A DNA stretch of 64,000 nucleotides from Bacteroidaceae bacterium (lineage in GTDB: Bacteria > Bacteroidota > Bacteroidia > Bacteroidales > Bacteroidaceae). This document shows positions 49,142-57,243 of this stretch, in pieces (the first letter of the stretch is position 1; every line of letters starts with the position of its first letter). The stretch covers positions 8,331 to 72,330 of the forward strand of contig JAKSIO010000004.1 in NCBI GenBank assembly GCA_024398785.1, given 5' to 3'. The notes under the pieces were generated by a model that saw nothing but the letters and a program-made list of their open reading frames with translations, ran no database searches and was not told the origin of the DNA. Made by a program: the position numbers and the translations under genes.

Positions 49142-50145
49142 ACCGATTAGGAAAGACAGCGCTGCTGTTTGCTATAGCTTTAATGACTCTCCCGTCCTGC
49201 AAGGGCAGGAGAGTTGTTTCAATAAGTACTGCCGGAACAGTAAATGCCGTTAACTCTGCGTATGTGTTCAATGCCGACAGCGCTTACAGTTATATCGCTG
49301 CGCAGACTGCATTCGGTCCGCGTGTACCGGGTACCCGGGCACAGCTTGACTGCCGTGACTGGCTGGTGAATACACTGAAACGTTTAGGTGCAGAGGTGAG
49401 TGTTCATACGTTTGACTGCCAGACATTTGACAAAAAGAATCTGAAAGGTTATAATGTTATTGGCAGAATCAATCCTGAACTGGGAGACCGCATAATGCTT
49501 TGTTCGCATTGGGACAGCCGTCCGTGGGCCGATAATGATTCCAACAAGGAAAACTGGTCTAAGCCGATAGACGGGGCGAATGACGGAGCAAGCGGCGTGG
49601 GAGTCATTCTTGAGATATTCCGTATTCTTGCCTCAAACCCCAATGTTGGTATTGATTGCGTGTTCTTTGATGTTGAGGACTGGGGACCTGGTCCTGATTA
49701 TGAAGAGGAAGACAGTAAACAACTGTATTGGTGTCTTGGTTCGCAAGCTTGGTCATACATGGCCAGAAACAATGGCTACAAGGCGCGTTATGCAGTGCTT
49801 CTTGATATGGTAGGTGCATCTGATGCCACCTTCTATAAAGAGGGTGTATCTATGAAATATGCAGCTTCTGTTGTGGATAAGTACTGGAAAGCGGCGACAG
49901 ATATGGGATACGGAAAGATTTTCGTTAACAAAGACGGCGGTGCAGTTATCGATGACCATTATCCTGTCAACGCCATTACAGGCATACCTGCAATAGATAT
50001 TATACCATATTCCAAATCATTGCTTGGCAGCAGTTTCGGTTCCACGTGGCACACCCTTGATGACAATCTGCAGCATATAGACAAGGCAACGTTAAACGCA
50101 GTTGGCACTGTGCTGACAAATGTTATTATTAAAGATTTTGAATGA
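49138..50145 (+). CDS. M28-family lipoprotein, glutaminyl-peptide cyclotransferase-like
   Basis: Lipobox [30 protein letters not shown] and FFDVEDWG are M28/QC metal-site blocks. ATGA overlap with cysS. Confidence 0.7.
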   Translation: MNRLGKTALLFAIALMTLPSCKGRRVVSISTAGTVNAVNSAYVFNADSAYSYIAAQTAFGPRVPGTRAQLDCRDWLVNTLKRLGAEVSVHTFDCQTFDKKNLKGYNVIGRINPELGDRIMLCSHWDSRPWADNDSNKENWSKPIDGANDGASGVGVILEIFRILASNPNVGIDCVFFDVEDWGPGPDYEEEDSKQLYWCLGSQAWSYMARNNGYKARYAVLLDMVGASDATFYKEGVSMKYAASVVDKYWKAATDMGYGKIFVNKDGGAVIDDHYPVNAITGIPAIDIIPYSKSLLGSSFGSTWHTLDDNLQHIDKATLNAVGTVLTNVIIKDFE

Positions 50146-50567
50146 TTATGGCAACTATTGACGATATTCAGCAGGAAATTATTGAAGAATTCAGCGTTTT
50201 TGACGACTGGATGGACCGCTATCAGCTTATTATTGATATGTCAGCAGATTTACCTCTGATAGATGCTGAGCATAAGACCGATAAGTATATTATTGACGGA
50301 TGCCAGAGCAAGGTTTGGTTGTATGCTGAACTAAAAGACGGGCGTGTATGGCTTACTGCAGACAGCGATGCCATTATTACTAAAGGACTTGTGTGGTTGC
50401 TGGTGCGTATCTGGAACGGTCAGACTCCGGCCGATATCCTGGCATCGGATCCCTATTTCATTCAGGAAATTGGACTTTCACAGCATCTTTCCCCTACACG
50501 CAGCAACGGCCTGCTTGCCATGATCAGACAGATCAGACTCTACGCTGCCGCCTTCTCCCGCCTGTAA
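50142..50567 (+). CDS. sufE: SufE-family sulfur acceptor protein
   Basis: 141 aa. DDWMDRYQLIID and the active-site block IIDGCQSKVWL are present. ATGA overlap with the previous gene. Confidence 0.8.
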   Translation: MIMATIDDIQQEIIEEFSVFDDWMDRYQLIIDMSADLPLIDAEHKTDKYIIDGCQSKVWLYAELKDGRVWLTADSDAIITKGLVWLLVRIWNGQTPADILASDPYFIQEIGLSQHLSPTRSNGLLAMIRQIRLYAAAFSRL

Positions 50568-50596
50568 GTGACGGTTGCACGTCAAAATCATACTTG

Positions 50597-50785
50597 TTAA
50601 AGGAAACAAGCCAAATATTTGTTGCCGGAAGCGGTGAGCATCTGAGCAATAACGTTCTCATATAGATATCCGAGATTTGTCGATAGCTTGTCATTAAGCA
50701 GTTTTTCGTAAATGACATTTTCAGTAAAAGCCTTGTCCTTGAAGAAGTTGAGCGCAAACTGAACGAAAGGCCGAGGAAGAGGCAC
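50597..50785 (-). pseudogene. remnant of an AAA+ ATPase gene with a DUF4143-type C-terminus
   Basis: FKDKAFTENVIYEKLLNDKLSTNLGYLYENVIAQMLTASGNKYL matches the C-terminal region of ~400-aa DUF4143 ATPases common in Bacteroidales. Only about 60 codons are in frame, with stops on both sides. Confidence 0.55.
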
Positions 50786-50872
50786 GGATTCCTCTCACCC
50801 AATCAAGTGTTCAGCAAATCGACCGGGCTGGATGCAGGGGCGTTCGTATAAATCGGTCACCGGATATCATCG

Positions 50873-50904
50873 CAAAAAAGAACTCAGCACCTTTTGATGC
50901 TGAG
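50873..50904 (-). terminator. intrinsic terminator of the lipocalin-like gene
   Basis: On the minus strand: ctcagca / tgctgag 7-bp stem (50883-50889 / 50898-50904) followed by TTCTTTTTTG. Confidence 0.65.
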
Positions 50905-50947
50905 CCCATTATTTATCGTGTCTTCTGACACCCAAAGGATAAGATCA

Positions 50948-52444
50948 TTATTGCAACTGAACTTTCTTCCAAGTGATGGTTGTGGTGTAACGAGTGCCAT
51001 CCTCTTTTTCACGGAGTGCGGACCACTTCATCGTGCCGTCTTTGATTTCGTCAATGTCCCACCACTCGTATTCGTAGTCAGCACCTGCAGTAGGACGCCA
51101 CCTTGTTGCGAGCCAATCACCGTCAATATTGTATTCATTATCCACATTCTCGCTCGGAACCCAATTCTCCCCGACCTTATCGTAGTATGTAAAAGTTCCG
51201 TCAGCCTTATACTCAATGCGGTGGTTGGCATCACCATAGGTCTCGCCACCCGTCATCTCAACACCTTCCCACATACCGATGATGGCTTCGGAGTAGTCGG
51301 CGGTGACTTTGGAGTATTCCCCTATATGATTTTCTTTTACATCAACACCATGGGAAATGACTTTTGTCACATGCATTGTTATCTGGTTGTCATTAATGGA
51401 AGGAATGGCGATTGTATGTTCTACGTTAGTTGAAACGCTGTGAACAATATTTCCTTGTATGGAGTATTGAATTGAAACTTTATTATCCCAAATAAACGTT
51501 TTGTCACCTTCTTTATAATCAGCGAACGACTGAGTTCCTTTGCCGTCATTATTGAAAGACCATATTGTTCTTTTGTTCGTTACTGCATCCTTGCCATCGT
51601 GCTTCATTTTTTTCCACTTTCCTATAATCTTCGCTTCGATTTCTTCCTGTGTCGGAAGATTGACTTTCTTCCAAGTGAATGTCGTGGTATAACGTGTGCC
51701 GTCCTCTTTTTCACGGAGGGCAGACCATTTCATAGTGCCGTCCTTGATTTCGACGATGTCCCACCATTCGTATTCGTAGTCAGCACCTTCGGTAGGCTGC
51801 CAGCGTGTGGCAAGCCAGTCACCGTCAACGTTGTATTCGTTACCTGCATTCTTGCTCGGCACCCAACTGTCTCCGACCTTGTCGTAGTATGTGTATGTTC
51901 CGTCAGCCTTGTACTCAATGCGGTGATTTGCGTCTCCGTAGGTCTCATCGCCCGTCATCTCAACGCCTTCCCACATACCGATGATGTCCTGGGAGTAGTC
52001 GGCAGTGACTTTCTGGAATGTAGCATTAGTATTTTCACTTAATTCCTTACCCTCTGGCGTAATGCGTTTGTAAACATTTTCATCCAACTTGGTTTCGTCA
52101 ATAAATGTAACCTTTGCAAATACTTTTACCATGCCCGTATAACTTTCACAAATATCATTCCCTTTTATCTCACATTCAAACGGAATCTTATTGGACCATC
52201 TATATTTGCCGTCGAAATAACGGGACATGGACATGGAATGGTTACCTCCTTGATTAGATACGAAAGTTTTTACTATTCTATTATTGGTTAGTGCGTCTTT
52301 CCCATTTATTGAGGCTTCTTTCCACTTCCCGATAATCTTCGTCTCAATATCCTTCTGTGACGGAACGTCCTCGTTCTTTGAGCACGATGAGAATGCAGCG
52401 ATTGCCGCGATGCCGAAAACGGCAAGTTTGAGTATTCTTTTCAT
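50948..52444 (-). CDS. lipocalin-like-domain lipoprotein made of two tandem 234-aa units
   Basis: Start chosen at MKRILKLAVFGIAAIAAFSS-C (lipobox). IIGKWK motifs are typical of bacterial lipocalin-like domains. The protein is 30 aa of signal/linker plus 2 x 234 aa. Confidence 0.6.
   Translation of the reverse strand: MKRILKLAVFGIAAIAAFSSCSKNEDVPSQKDIETKIIGKWKEASINGKDALTNNRIVKTFVSNQGGNHSMSMSRYFDGKYRWSNKIPFECEIKGNDICESYTGMVKVFAKVTFIDETKLDENVYKRITPEGKELSENTNATFQKVTADYSQDIIGMWEGVEMTGDETYGDANHRIEYKADGTYTYYDKVGDSWVPSKNAGNEYNVDGDWLATRWQPTEGADYEYEWWDIVEIKDGTMKWSALREKEDGTRYTTTFTWKKVNLPTQEEIEAKIIGKWKKMKHDGKDAVTNKRTIWSFNNDGKGTQSFADYKEGDKTFIWDNKVSIQYSIQGNIVHSVSTNVEHTIAIPSINDNQITMHVTKVISHGVDVKENHIGEYSKVTADYSEAIIGMWEGVEMTGGETYGDANHRIEYKADGTFTYYDKVGENWVPSENVDNEYNIDGDWLATRWRPTAGADYEYEWWDIDEIKDGTMKWSALREKEDGTRYTTTITWKKVQLQ
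50951..52354 (-). repeat. intragenic tandem duplication, period 702 bp
   Basis: ttcttccaagtga... at 50964 recurs at 51666. The 3' ~360 bp of each unit are highly similar at DNA level. The 5' halves are similar mainly at protein level. Confidence 0.85.
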
Positions 52445-52647
52445 AATCAGTACTAATTGATACGCGAAGTTAGCAATATTTTCCACAGGAAGGAAACATA
52501 TCGGGGAAATGTCCTATCTTCGTGTCATAAACAATCGGCAAAGCCGCCCGGCTCAAATTCTTCTCCCCGATTGCGTTTCGTGCTTGAACTCAGGTGGGTG
52601 GTGGACAAAATCAATGGCAAGTACAATTATTTCGATTAAGCTTTTAT

Positions 52648-52714
52648 TGCCTAATTCATTCGGTTTATGCCTAAAGAATGTCAAATAATAGGCAGAAAAG
52701 TGTTGGATTAGGCA
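52648..52714. promoter_or_regulatory. phased dyad array of four TGCCTA half-sites
   Basis: TGCCTAA at 52648 and 52668. TAGGCA at 52689-52694 and 52709-52714. The spacing is 20 bp within each pair, and both pairs are symmetric about ~52681. Confidence 0.5.
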
Positions 52715-52866
52715 GAAAAAGAGTATTTTTGAAACTGAGACTGCCAGGCCGATTAAAGATTTTGAAACATAGTATATTTCGTTTCAGGAATGTAAGGGCC
52801 AACGGATTCTTTCTCTAATCCCATTGGGCCCTGATTATTTATTCTGCTGATTCTCAGAATAGCGGG

Positions 52867-52940
52867 TGGAGCATACGAGACTCGAACTCGTCACCTCTTG
52901 ACTGCCAGTCAAACGCTCTAGCCAGATGAGCTAATGCCCC
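52867..52940 (-). tRNA. tRNA-Ala (anticodon GGC)
   Basis: Hand-folded cloverleaf: acceptor GGGGCAT/ATGCTCC with the G3:U70 Ala identity pair, D arm GCTC/GAGC, anticodon loop CTGGCAG, T arm ACGAG-TTCGAGT-CTCGT, discriminator A. CCA is not encoded. Confidence 0.9.
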
Positions 52941-52957
52941 TTTGTCAAATTCTGCAG

Positions 52958-52965
52958 CAAAGGTA
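52958..52965 (-). promoter_or_regulatory. -7 box (TACCTTTG) in front of tRNA-Ala
   Basis: Perfect TAnnTTTG on the minus strand, 17 nt upstream of the tRNA 5' end. The -33 element is only TTG. Confidence 0.4.
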
Positions 52966-52982
52966 ATTATTTTTTTGAATCT

Positions 52983-53402
52983 TCAATGACTGGAGGCAAA
53001 AGAAATCTCACGAATACGTGACAGTATGCGTCTTATGCCCTGATTCAGATATGGTGACAGATTGGAAGTGATTCCAGTCCTGTCAAGAACGGTAAGTCTG
53101 CTTTCCTTGATTTCATCGGGGGTTCTTCCGTTCAGAATGCGGAACAACAGTACAAGAATACCGCTTGCAATTACGCTTTGGCTATAGCCCCAGTAGTGCA
53201 TCGTGCCGTTACGGCATATGCCGTATATCCAGACATCGTTCTGGCACCCTTCTATAAGATTGTCCTGAGTCTTGTATTCGGCAGGCATTGGCGGAAGTGT
53301 TTTGGCCAGTCCAATAAGGTAACTGTAGCGTTCCCACCAGTCTCCTTTTGCGGCAAATTCCGCAACAATGAGCTGTTGTGCGGCTTCTATTGCTGGTTTC
53401 AT
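52983..53402 (-). CDS. second SufE-family protein
   Basis: 139 aa. GDWWERYSYLIG and the active-site block LIEGCQNDVWIYG align with SufE at 50142. The ATG overlaps the stop of the upstream ABC gene (ATGA). Confidence 0.7.
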   Translation of the reverse strand: MKPAIEAAQQLIVAEFAAKGDWWERYSYLIGLAKTLPPMPAEYKTQDNLIEGCQNDVWIYGICRNGTMHYWGYSQSVIASGILVLLFRILNGRTPDEIKESRLTVLDRTGITSNLSPYLNQGIRRILSRIREISFASSH

Positions 53403-56104
53403 CGGCAGATACGTATGTTGATTACGCCGTCTTTCTCTTCCACTGAACTGCTGAATCCTTTGATCATGTCTATGCTGAGGCTGTCCTCGCGCCCATGGTC
53501 TGTAAGTACAGCAGGCAAATTGCTGTCAAATTCCAGCCCGATTGTGATTTCTCTGTCATGTTCGTTGTAGTTGACAGAGAGTTCGGCTCCGGAACTCTTG
53601 CGTTCTTTGCTTCCGTTTCCTGTACTGAATAACTGCATGAGTTCTTCTACAACCGATGTGCCGCTTGTTACAAGTCTTGCAGGTATAATATGGCGTGTCA
53701 TGAACTGTTCCAGTTTGTTGTACAGTTCGTAGAAGTCATATCCCTGAACAATGGAGTATTTGAATGTGCGTATTCCGCGTATGAATTTCTGTGTAAGTTC
53801 CCTACGCGGATTTTCAAATATCTGTGCCGATGTTCCCTGCTCATATATGCCGCGCTGGTCCATGTAGAATACACGGGAACTGATTTTCTTGGCAAACTTC
53901 ATCTCGTGAGTGACAACCAGCATGGTCATGCCGCGATCCGCCAGTTCCCGTATTACGGCAAGAACCTCGGAAACCATTGTGGGGTCAAGGGCCGATGTGG
54001 GCTCGTCAAACAGTATTATTTCCGGATCCATGGAAAGGCAGCGGGCTATTGCCACACGCTGCTTCTGTCCGCCTGACAACTGGCATGGCATATTGGTTGC
54101 CTTATTCTCAAGACCGACCATGGCCAGTAGCTGCATACCGCGGATTTCGGCCTTTTCACGGCTGATTCCTTTGATTTTCATGGGGCCTACGCACAGGTTC
54201 TCCAGAACTGTCAGGTGCTCGAACAGATTGAAAGACTGGAATACCATACCCATGCGGCGGCGCAGGGCGGTGACATCGGCTTTCTTTTTGGACAGGTCAA
54301 AGCCGTCCATGGTAATGTTGCCGGCGGTCAGCGTCTCAAGCTGGTTGAGACAACGCAGGAATGTACTCTTCCCTGTACCGGAGGGTCCTATTATGGATAT
54401 TACCTCGCCGCGGTTGATGGTAGCGGATACACCATCAAGAACGGTGAGCGTGTTGTCAAAGACCTTCTTCAGATTTTCAACTTTAAGTATAGGCTCGCCT
54501 TTCCTGCCCTGCTGTGCGGAGCGGGTGGCAGAGACATCTTCTTCTGGTGCAATGTTGCTGATGTCCGGAACTGTTCTGCTTCCACTCTTTGGAAGAGTGT
54601 ATTTCAAAAGCAGTTCCAAGAGATAGACAAACAGCCATGTCAGTATGAAATAGATCACTGCTGCGGCTATCAGCGGGAAGAAGGCATCGAATGTGCGTGA
54701 ACGTACAATGTCCATGCATTTGGTAAGATCGGTAACTGCTATGTAGCCTACTATTGAAGTCCCCTTTATCAATGTGATTATCTGCCCGTTGTATATGGAA
54801 AGGGAGTTCTTGACGGCCTGGGGCAGAATGATATAATTGAAGGTTCTTGTTTTTGAAAGACCAAGGGCGTAGCCGGCCTCCCATTGTCCGCGGTCTATGC
54901 TTTGTATGGCCATGCGGAAAATCTCTCCGGCGTATGCTGCAAAGTTCAGGGCAAATGTGACTATTGAAACGGTTATGCCGTCCATACCTATCGGGGCACA
55001 GACAACATAGTACATTATCATAAGGAATATCAGTATGGGCAGGCTGCGCATGAACGATACATAGAATGCTCCTATTTTGCGTATCCCTTTTCTGCGGCTC
55101 ATGTTGATGGCGCAGATGCCGCATGCCAGCAGTGTGCCCAGCAATATGCTGAAGAATGATATTATGGTTGTTACACCAAAACCTTTGAGCACAAGAAGAT
55201 AACGTTTCTCTGCTATGAAGTTGTTTTTGAAACTGAGTGCTATTCCACTCAGCAGTCCATTTTTTTCAAGTCTGATGCCTGCTTCCTTGCATTGCTGTTC
55301 CGCCAGTTCCTTGCTGTAACCTATTATGACATGGACGGCATTTGTGTACGGATTTGAAAAATTCACCTCTTTTGCGCGTTCCGGGGTGATGGAGAACATT
55401 GACACGCCCATATCCAATTGTCCCGTTGCTACTGCTACCAATATGCTCAACTGGGGCATGTTCAACAATTCTACAGGCCGGTTTATATACTTTGCAAAAT
55501 TGTATATTATGTCTATGTCAGTGCCTGACGGTTCACCTTCAAGAATATAAGATGTCCCCTGAACGGCTATGTTGCTTGCAACCCTGATTGGCTTGCCTTC
55601 TGTTGGCCATTCGTAGTGCCTTGGCTCAGGATCAGGAGCGCCGAAAGGCCTCATCCAATAGTCAAAGGATTCCTTGATCTGCTTTTGTGTTTCCGGCATG
55701 GCAAGCCATACGTTGAACTGGTCACGCAATTCTTTCTGTTCTTTATTGAATATGGCGGCCTGCTTGCTGACAATGACGGAATCGAATGCGATATAATACC
55801 CTGGTTTTTGGTGCATGGTGGCATAAAAATCGGGGAGATGGGCAGTGGAGTAGCTGACCTGTCCAACTTCCATGGCATGCAGAAGACCGGCATAATCGCT
55901 TTGATAAACTACCTGGTATCCATACTCTTTGGCGTGGTCTGACAGATAAATTTCTATGCTGGTTCCTTGCATTGCAGAGACTTTCAATCCGCGCAAGTCT
56001 TCAAGAGATGTTATCTTTTTGACTGGGACTTCCTGTTTGCAACTGCAGAATAGGGAGATTGTAACAGCAAGACAGAAATATAATATAGGTTTGAATTTTT
56101 TCAT
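53399..56104 (-). CDS. single-polypeptide amino-acid-type ABC importer: lipoprotein SBP + permease + ATPase + C-terminal extension
   Basis: Lipobox (SLFCS-C). SBP_bac_3-like segments are present. The permease carries the EAA-like loop (EAGYALGLSKTRTFNYIILPQA). Walker A GPSGTGKST, LSGGQKQRVAIAR, ILFDEPTSALD. A further ~130 aa are unassigned. The start is set at 56104, downstream of the -7 box TACATTTG (56136-56143). Confidence 0.85.
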   Translation of the reverse strand: MKKFKPILYFCLAVTISLFCSCKQEVPVKKITSLEDLRGLKVSAMQGTSIEIYLSDHAKEYGYQVVYQSDYAGLLHAMEVGQVSYSTAHLPDFYATMHQKPGYYIAFDSVIVSKQAAIFNKEQKELRDQFNVWLAMPETQKQIKESFDYWMRPFGAPDPEPRHYEWPTEGKPIRVASNIAVQGTSYILEGEPSGTDIDIIYNFAKYINRPVELLNMPQLSILVAVATGQLDMGVSMFSITPERAKEVNFSNPYTNAVHVIIGYSKELAEQQCKEAGIRLEKNGLLSGIALSFKNNFIAEKRYLLVLKGFGVTTIISFFSILLGTLLACGICAINMSRRKGIRKIGAFYVSFMRSLPILIFLMIMYYVVCAPIGMDGITVSIVTFALNFAAYAGEIFRMAIQSIDRGQWEAGYALGLSKTRTFNYIILPQAVKNSLSIYNGQIITLIKGTSIVGYIAVTDLTKCMDIVRSRTFDAFFPLIAAAVIYFILTWLFVYLLELLLKYTLPKSGSRTVPDISNIAPEEDVSATRSAQQGRKGEPILKVENLKKVFDNTLTVLDGVSATINRGEVISIIGPSGTGKSTFLRCLNQLETLTAGNITMDGFDLSKKKADVTALRRRMGMVFQSFNLFEHLTVLENLCVGPMKIKGISREKAEIRGMQLLAMVGLENKATNMPCQLSGGQKQRVAIARCLSMDPEIILFDEPTSALDPTMVSEVLAVIRELADRGMTMLVVTHEMKFAKKISSRVFYMDQRGIYEQGTSAQIFENPRRELTQKFIRGIRTFKYSIVQGYDFYELYNKLEQFMTRHIIPARLVTSGTSVVEELMQLFSTGNGSKERKSSGAELSVNYNEHDREITIGLEFDSNLPAVLTDHGREDSLSIDMIKGFSSSVEEKDGVINIRICR

Positions 56105-56195
56105 CCTTTTTGCATGCTTACGGAATTGTTTAGTACAAATGTAGAGAAAAAACGGCATATTTATATTATCTTCGTGACCTAAATTCTTTTATTGT

Positions 56196-57179
56196 ATGAA
56201 CAAGAACCTGTCCAAAGTACTTCAGATTGTAATTCCGCTGGCGATTTCTGCCGTTATTCTATATTTTCTATACAGAGATTTTAATTTTCCGGAGTTCTGG
56301 CAGGGGTTGAGCGACATACGTCTTGGATGGTTGTTGTTTGCTCTCTTATTCAGTCAGATAGGACCGCTTTTGCGCGGTATGCGCTGGAAACAGCTGCTTT
56401 ATCCGCTTGGATACACCAATGTTCCCATGAAGAATATGGTATTGTCCGTCTATACGGGTTATGCCATGAATATCCTTATTCCCCGGTTCGGAGAGATTTG
56501 CCGTTGCGCCTTGCTGGAGCGTTATAACAAGGTTCCGTTCGGAAAGAGCCTGGGCTCGATGGTTGCTGAACGTGTTGTGGATTTTGTGCTTCTGGTACTG
56601 ATTTGCGCAAGTATTGTCCTTGCGCAGCTGGGCAATTTCATCAAACTTATGACTCCGGCCGATGTGCAGAACGTTGAGGAGGTTGCAAAGTCCCATACCG
56701 GTTTATGGATCACCATTGGAGTGATTGCGGTTTGTCTGATTGTTTTCTTTATGTTTAAGGACAAACTGATGAATGCGGTCAAGGATTTTGTTTCCGGTTT
56801 CTGGCAAGGCTTTCTTTCATTGAAACAGGTTGAGAACTTACCGCTGTTCCTTGCGTATTCAGTAGGTATCTGGGTGAGTTATTTCTTTGAGCTTTATCTG
56901 GCTTTCTATGCTTTCAACTTTACGGCGGAACTTGGAATAAGCGTTGGTCTGCTTGCTTTTGCAGGTTGCAGTCTTGCTGTCCTGATTCCCACTCCTAACG
57001 GTGCTGGCCCATGGCACGGCGCTATTATTGCTGTCCTGTGCATGTTCGGTGTAACCGATGTCGACGCCCGTACATTCGCTCTGGTTGTTCACACATCGCA
57101 GACGTTCATATACCTGTTCGGCGGTTTGGTTGGCTGGGTTCTTATGCTGGCTTTGAATAAAGAAAAGAAAAATTTTTAA
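56196..57179 (+). CDS. UPF0104 / lysylphosphatidylglycerol-synthase-TM-domain family membrane protein
   Basis: 327 aa with about 8 TM helices. The pattern LR..RW..LL, ...PRFGEI.R is typical of the flippase-like LPG_synthase_TM family. Confidence 0.65.
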   Translation: MNKNLSKVLQIVIPLAISAVILYFLYRDFNFPEFWQGLSDIRLGWLLFALLFSQIGPLLRGMRWKQLLYPLGYTNVPMKNMVLSVYTGYAMNILIPRFGEICRCALLERYNKVPFGKSLGSMVAERVVDFVLLVLICASIVLAQLGNFIKLMTPADVQNVEEVAKSHTGLWITIGVIAVCLIVFFMFKDKLMNAVKDFVSGFWQGFLSLKQVENLPLFLAYSVGIWVSYFFELYLAFYAFNFTAELGISVGLLAFAGCSLAVLIPTPNGAGPWHGAIIAVLCMFGVTDVDARTFALVVHTSQTFIYLFGGLVGWVLMLALNKEKKNF

Positions 57180-57197
57180 GAAAAATGCACTGAAAAA

Positions 57198-57227
57198 GTT
57201 GCAAGTAAAAAAAAAGAAGTATCTTTG
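57198..57227 (+). promoter_or_regulatory. tRNA-Gln promoter (-7 TATCTTTG)
   Basis: Perfect TAnnTTTG at 57220-57227, 16 nt before the tRNA 5' end. The -33 is imperfect (GTTG at 57198-57201, 18-nt spacer). Confidence 0.45.
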
Positions 57228-57243
57228 CACCGCAAATAAGAAT

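Noticed and set aside
51138-51146. Perfect DnaA box TTATCCACA (and its complement at 49872-49880) as a hint of a replication origin.
   Set aside because: These are two isolated boxes inside coding sequences 1.3 kb apart. There is no AT-rich unwinding element and no dnaA/dnaN context.
50951-52354. The two lipocalin repeat units as a template/variable repeat pair of a diversity-generating retroelement.
   Set aside because: Substitutions between the units are of all types rather than adenine-specific. They are spread over the whole unit, and no reverse transcriptase or accessory gene is nearby.
52565-52600. Possible partial copy of the tRNA-Ala T-arm (…CCTGAGTTCAAGCACG… on the minus strand) as an att-site scar.
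   Set aside because: Only ~8 of 9 nt match the GAGTTCGAG core, and nothing matches beyond it. That is too short to distinguish from chance.
53910-54626. 238-aa plus-strand ORF (and neighbours 54215-54700, 54483-55124) inside the fused ABC gene.
   Set aside because: These are typical shadow ORFs antisense to, or out of frame with, a GC-richer ABC ATPase domain: Arg/Ser/Pro-rich with no motifs. The minus-strand frame has unambiguous Walker/LSGGQ motifs.
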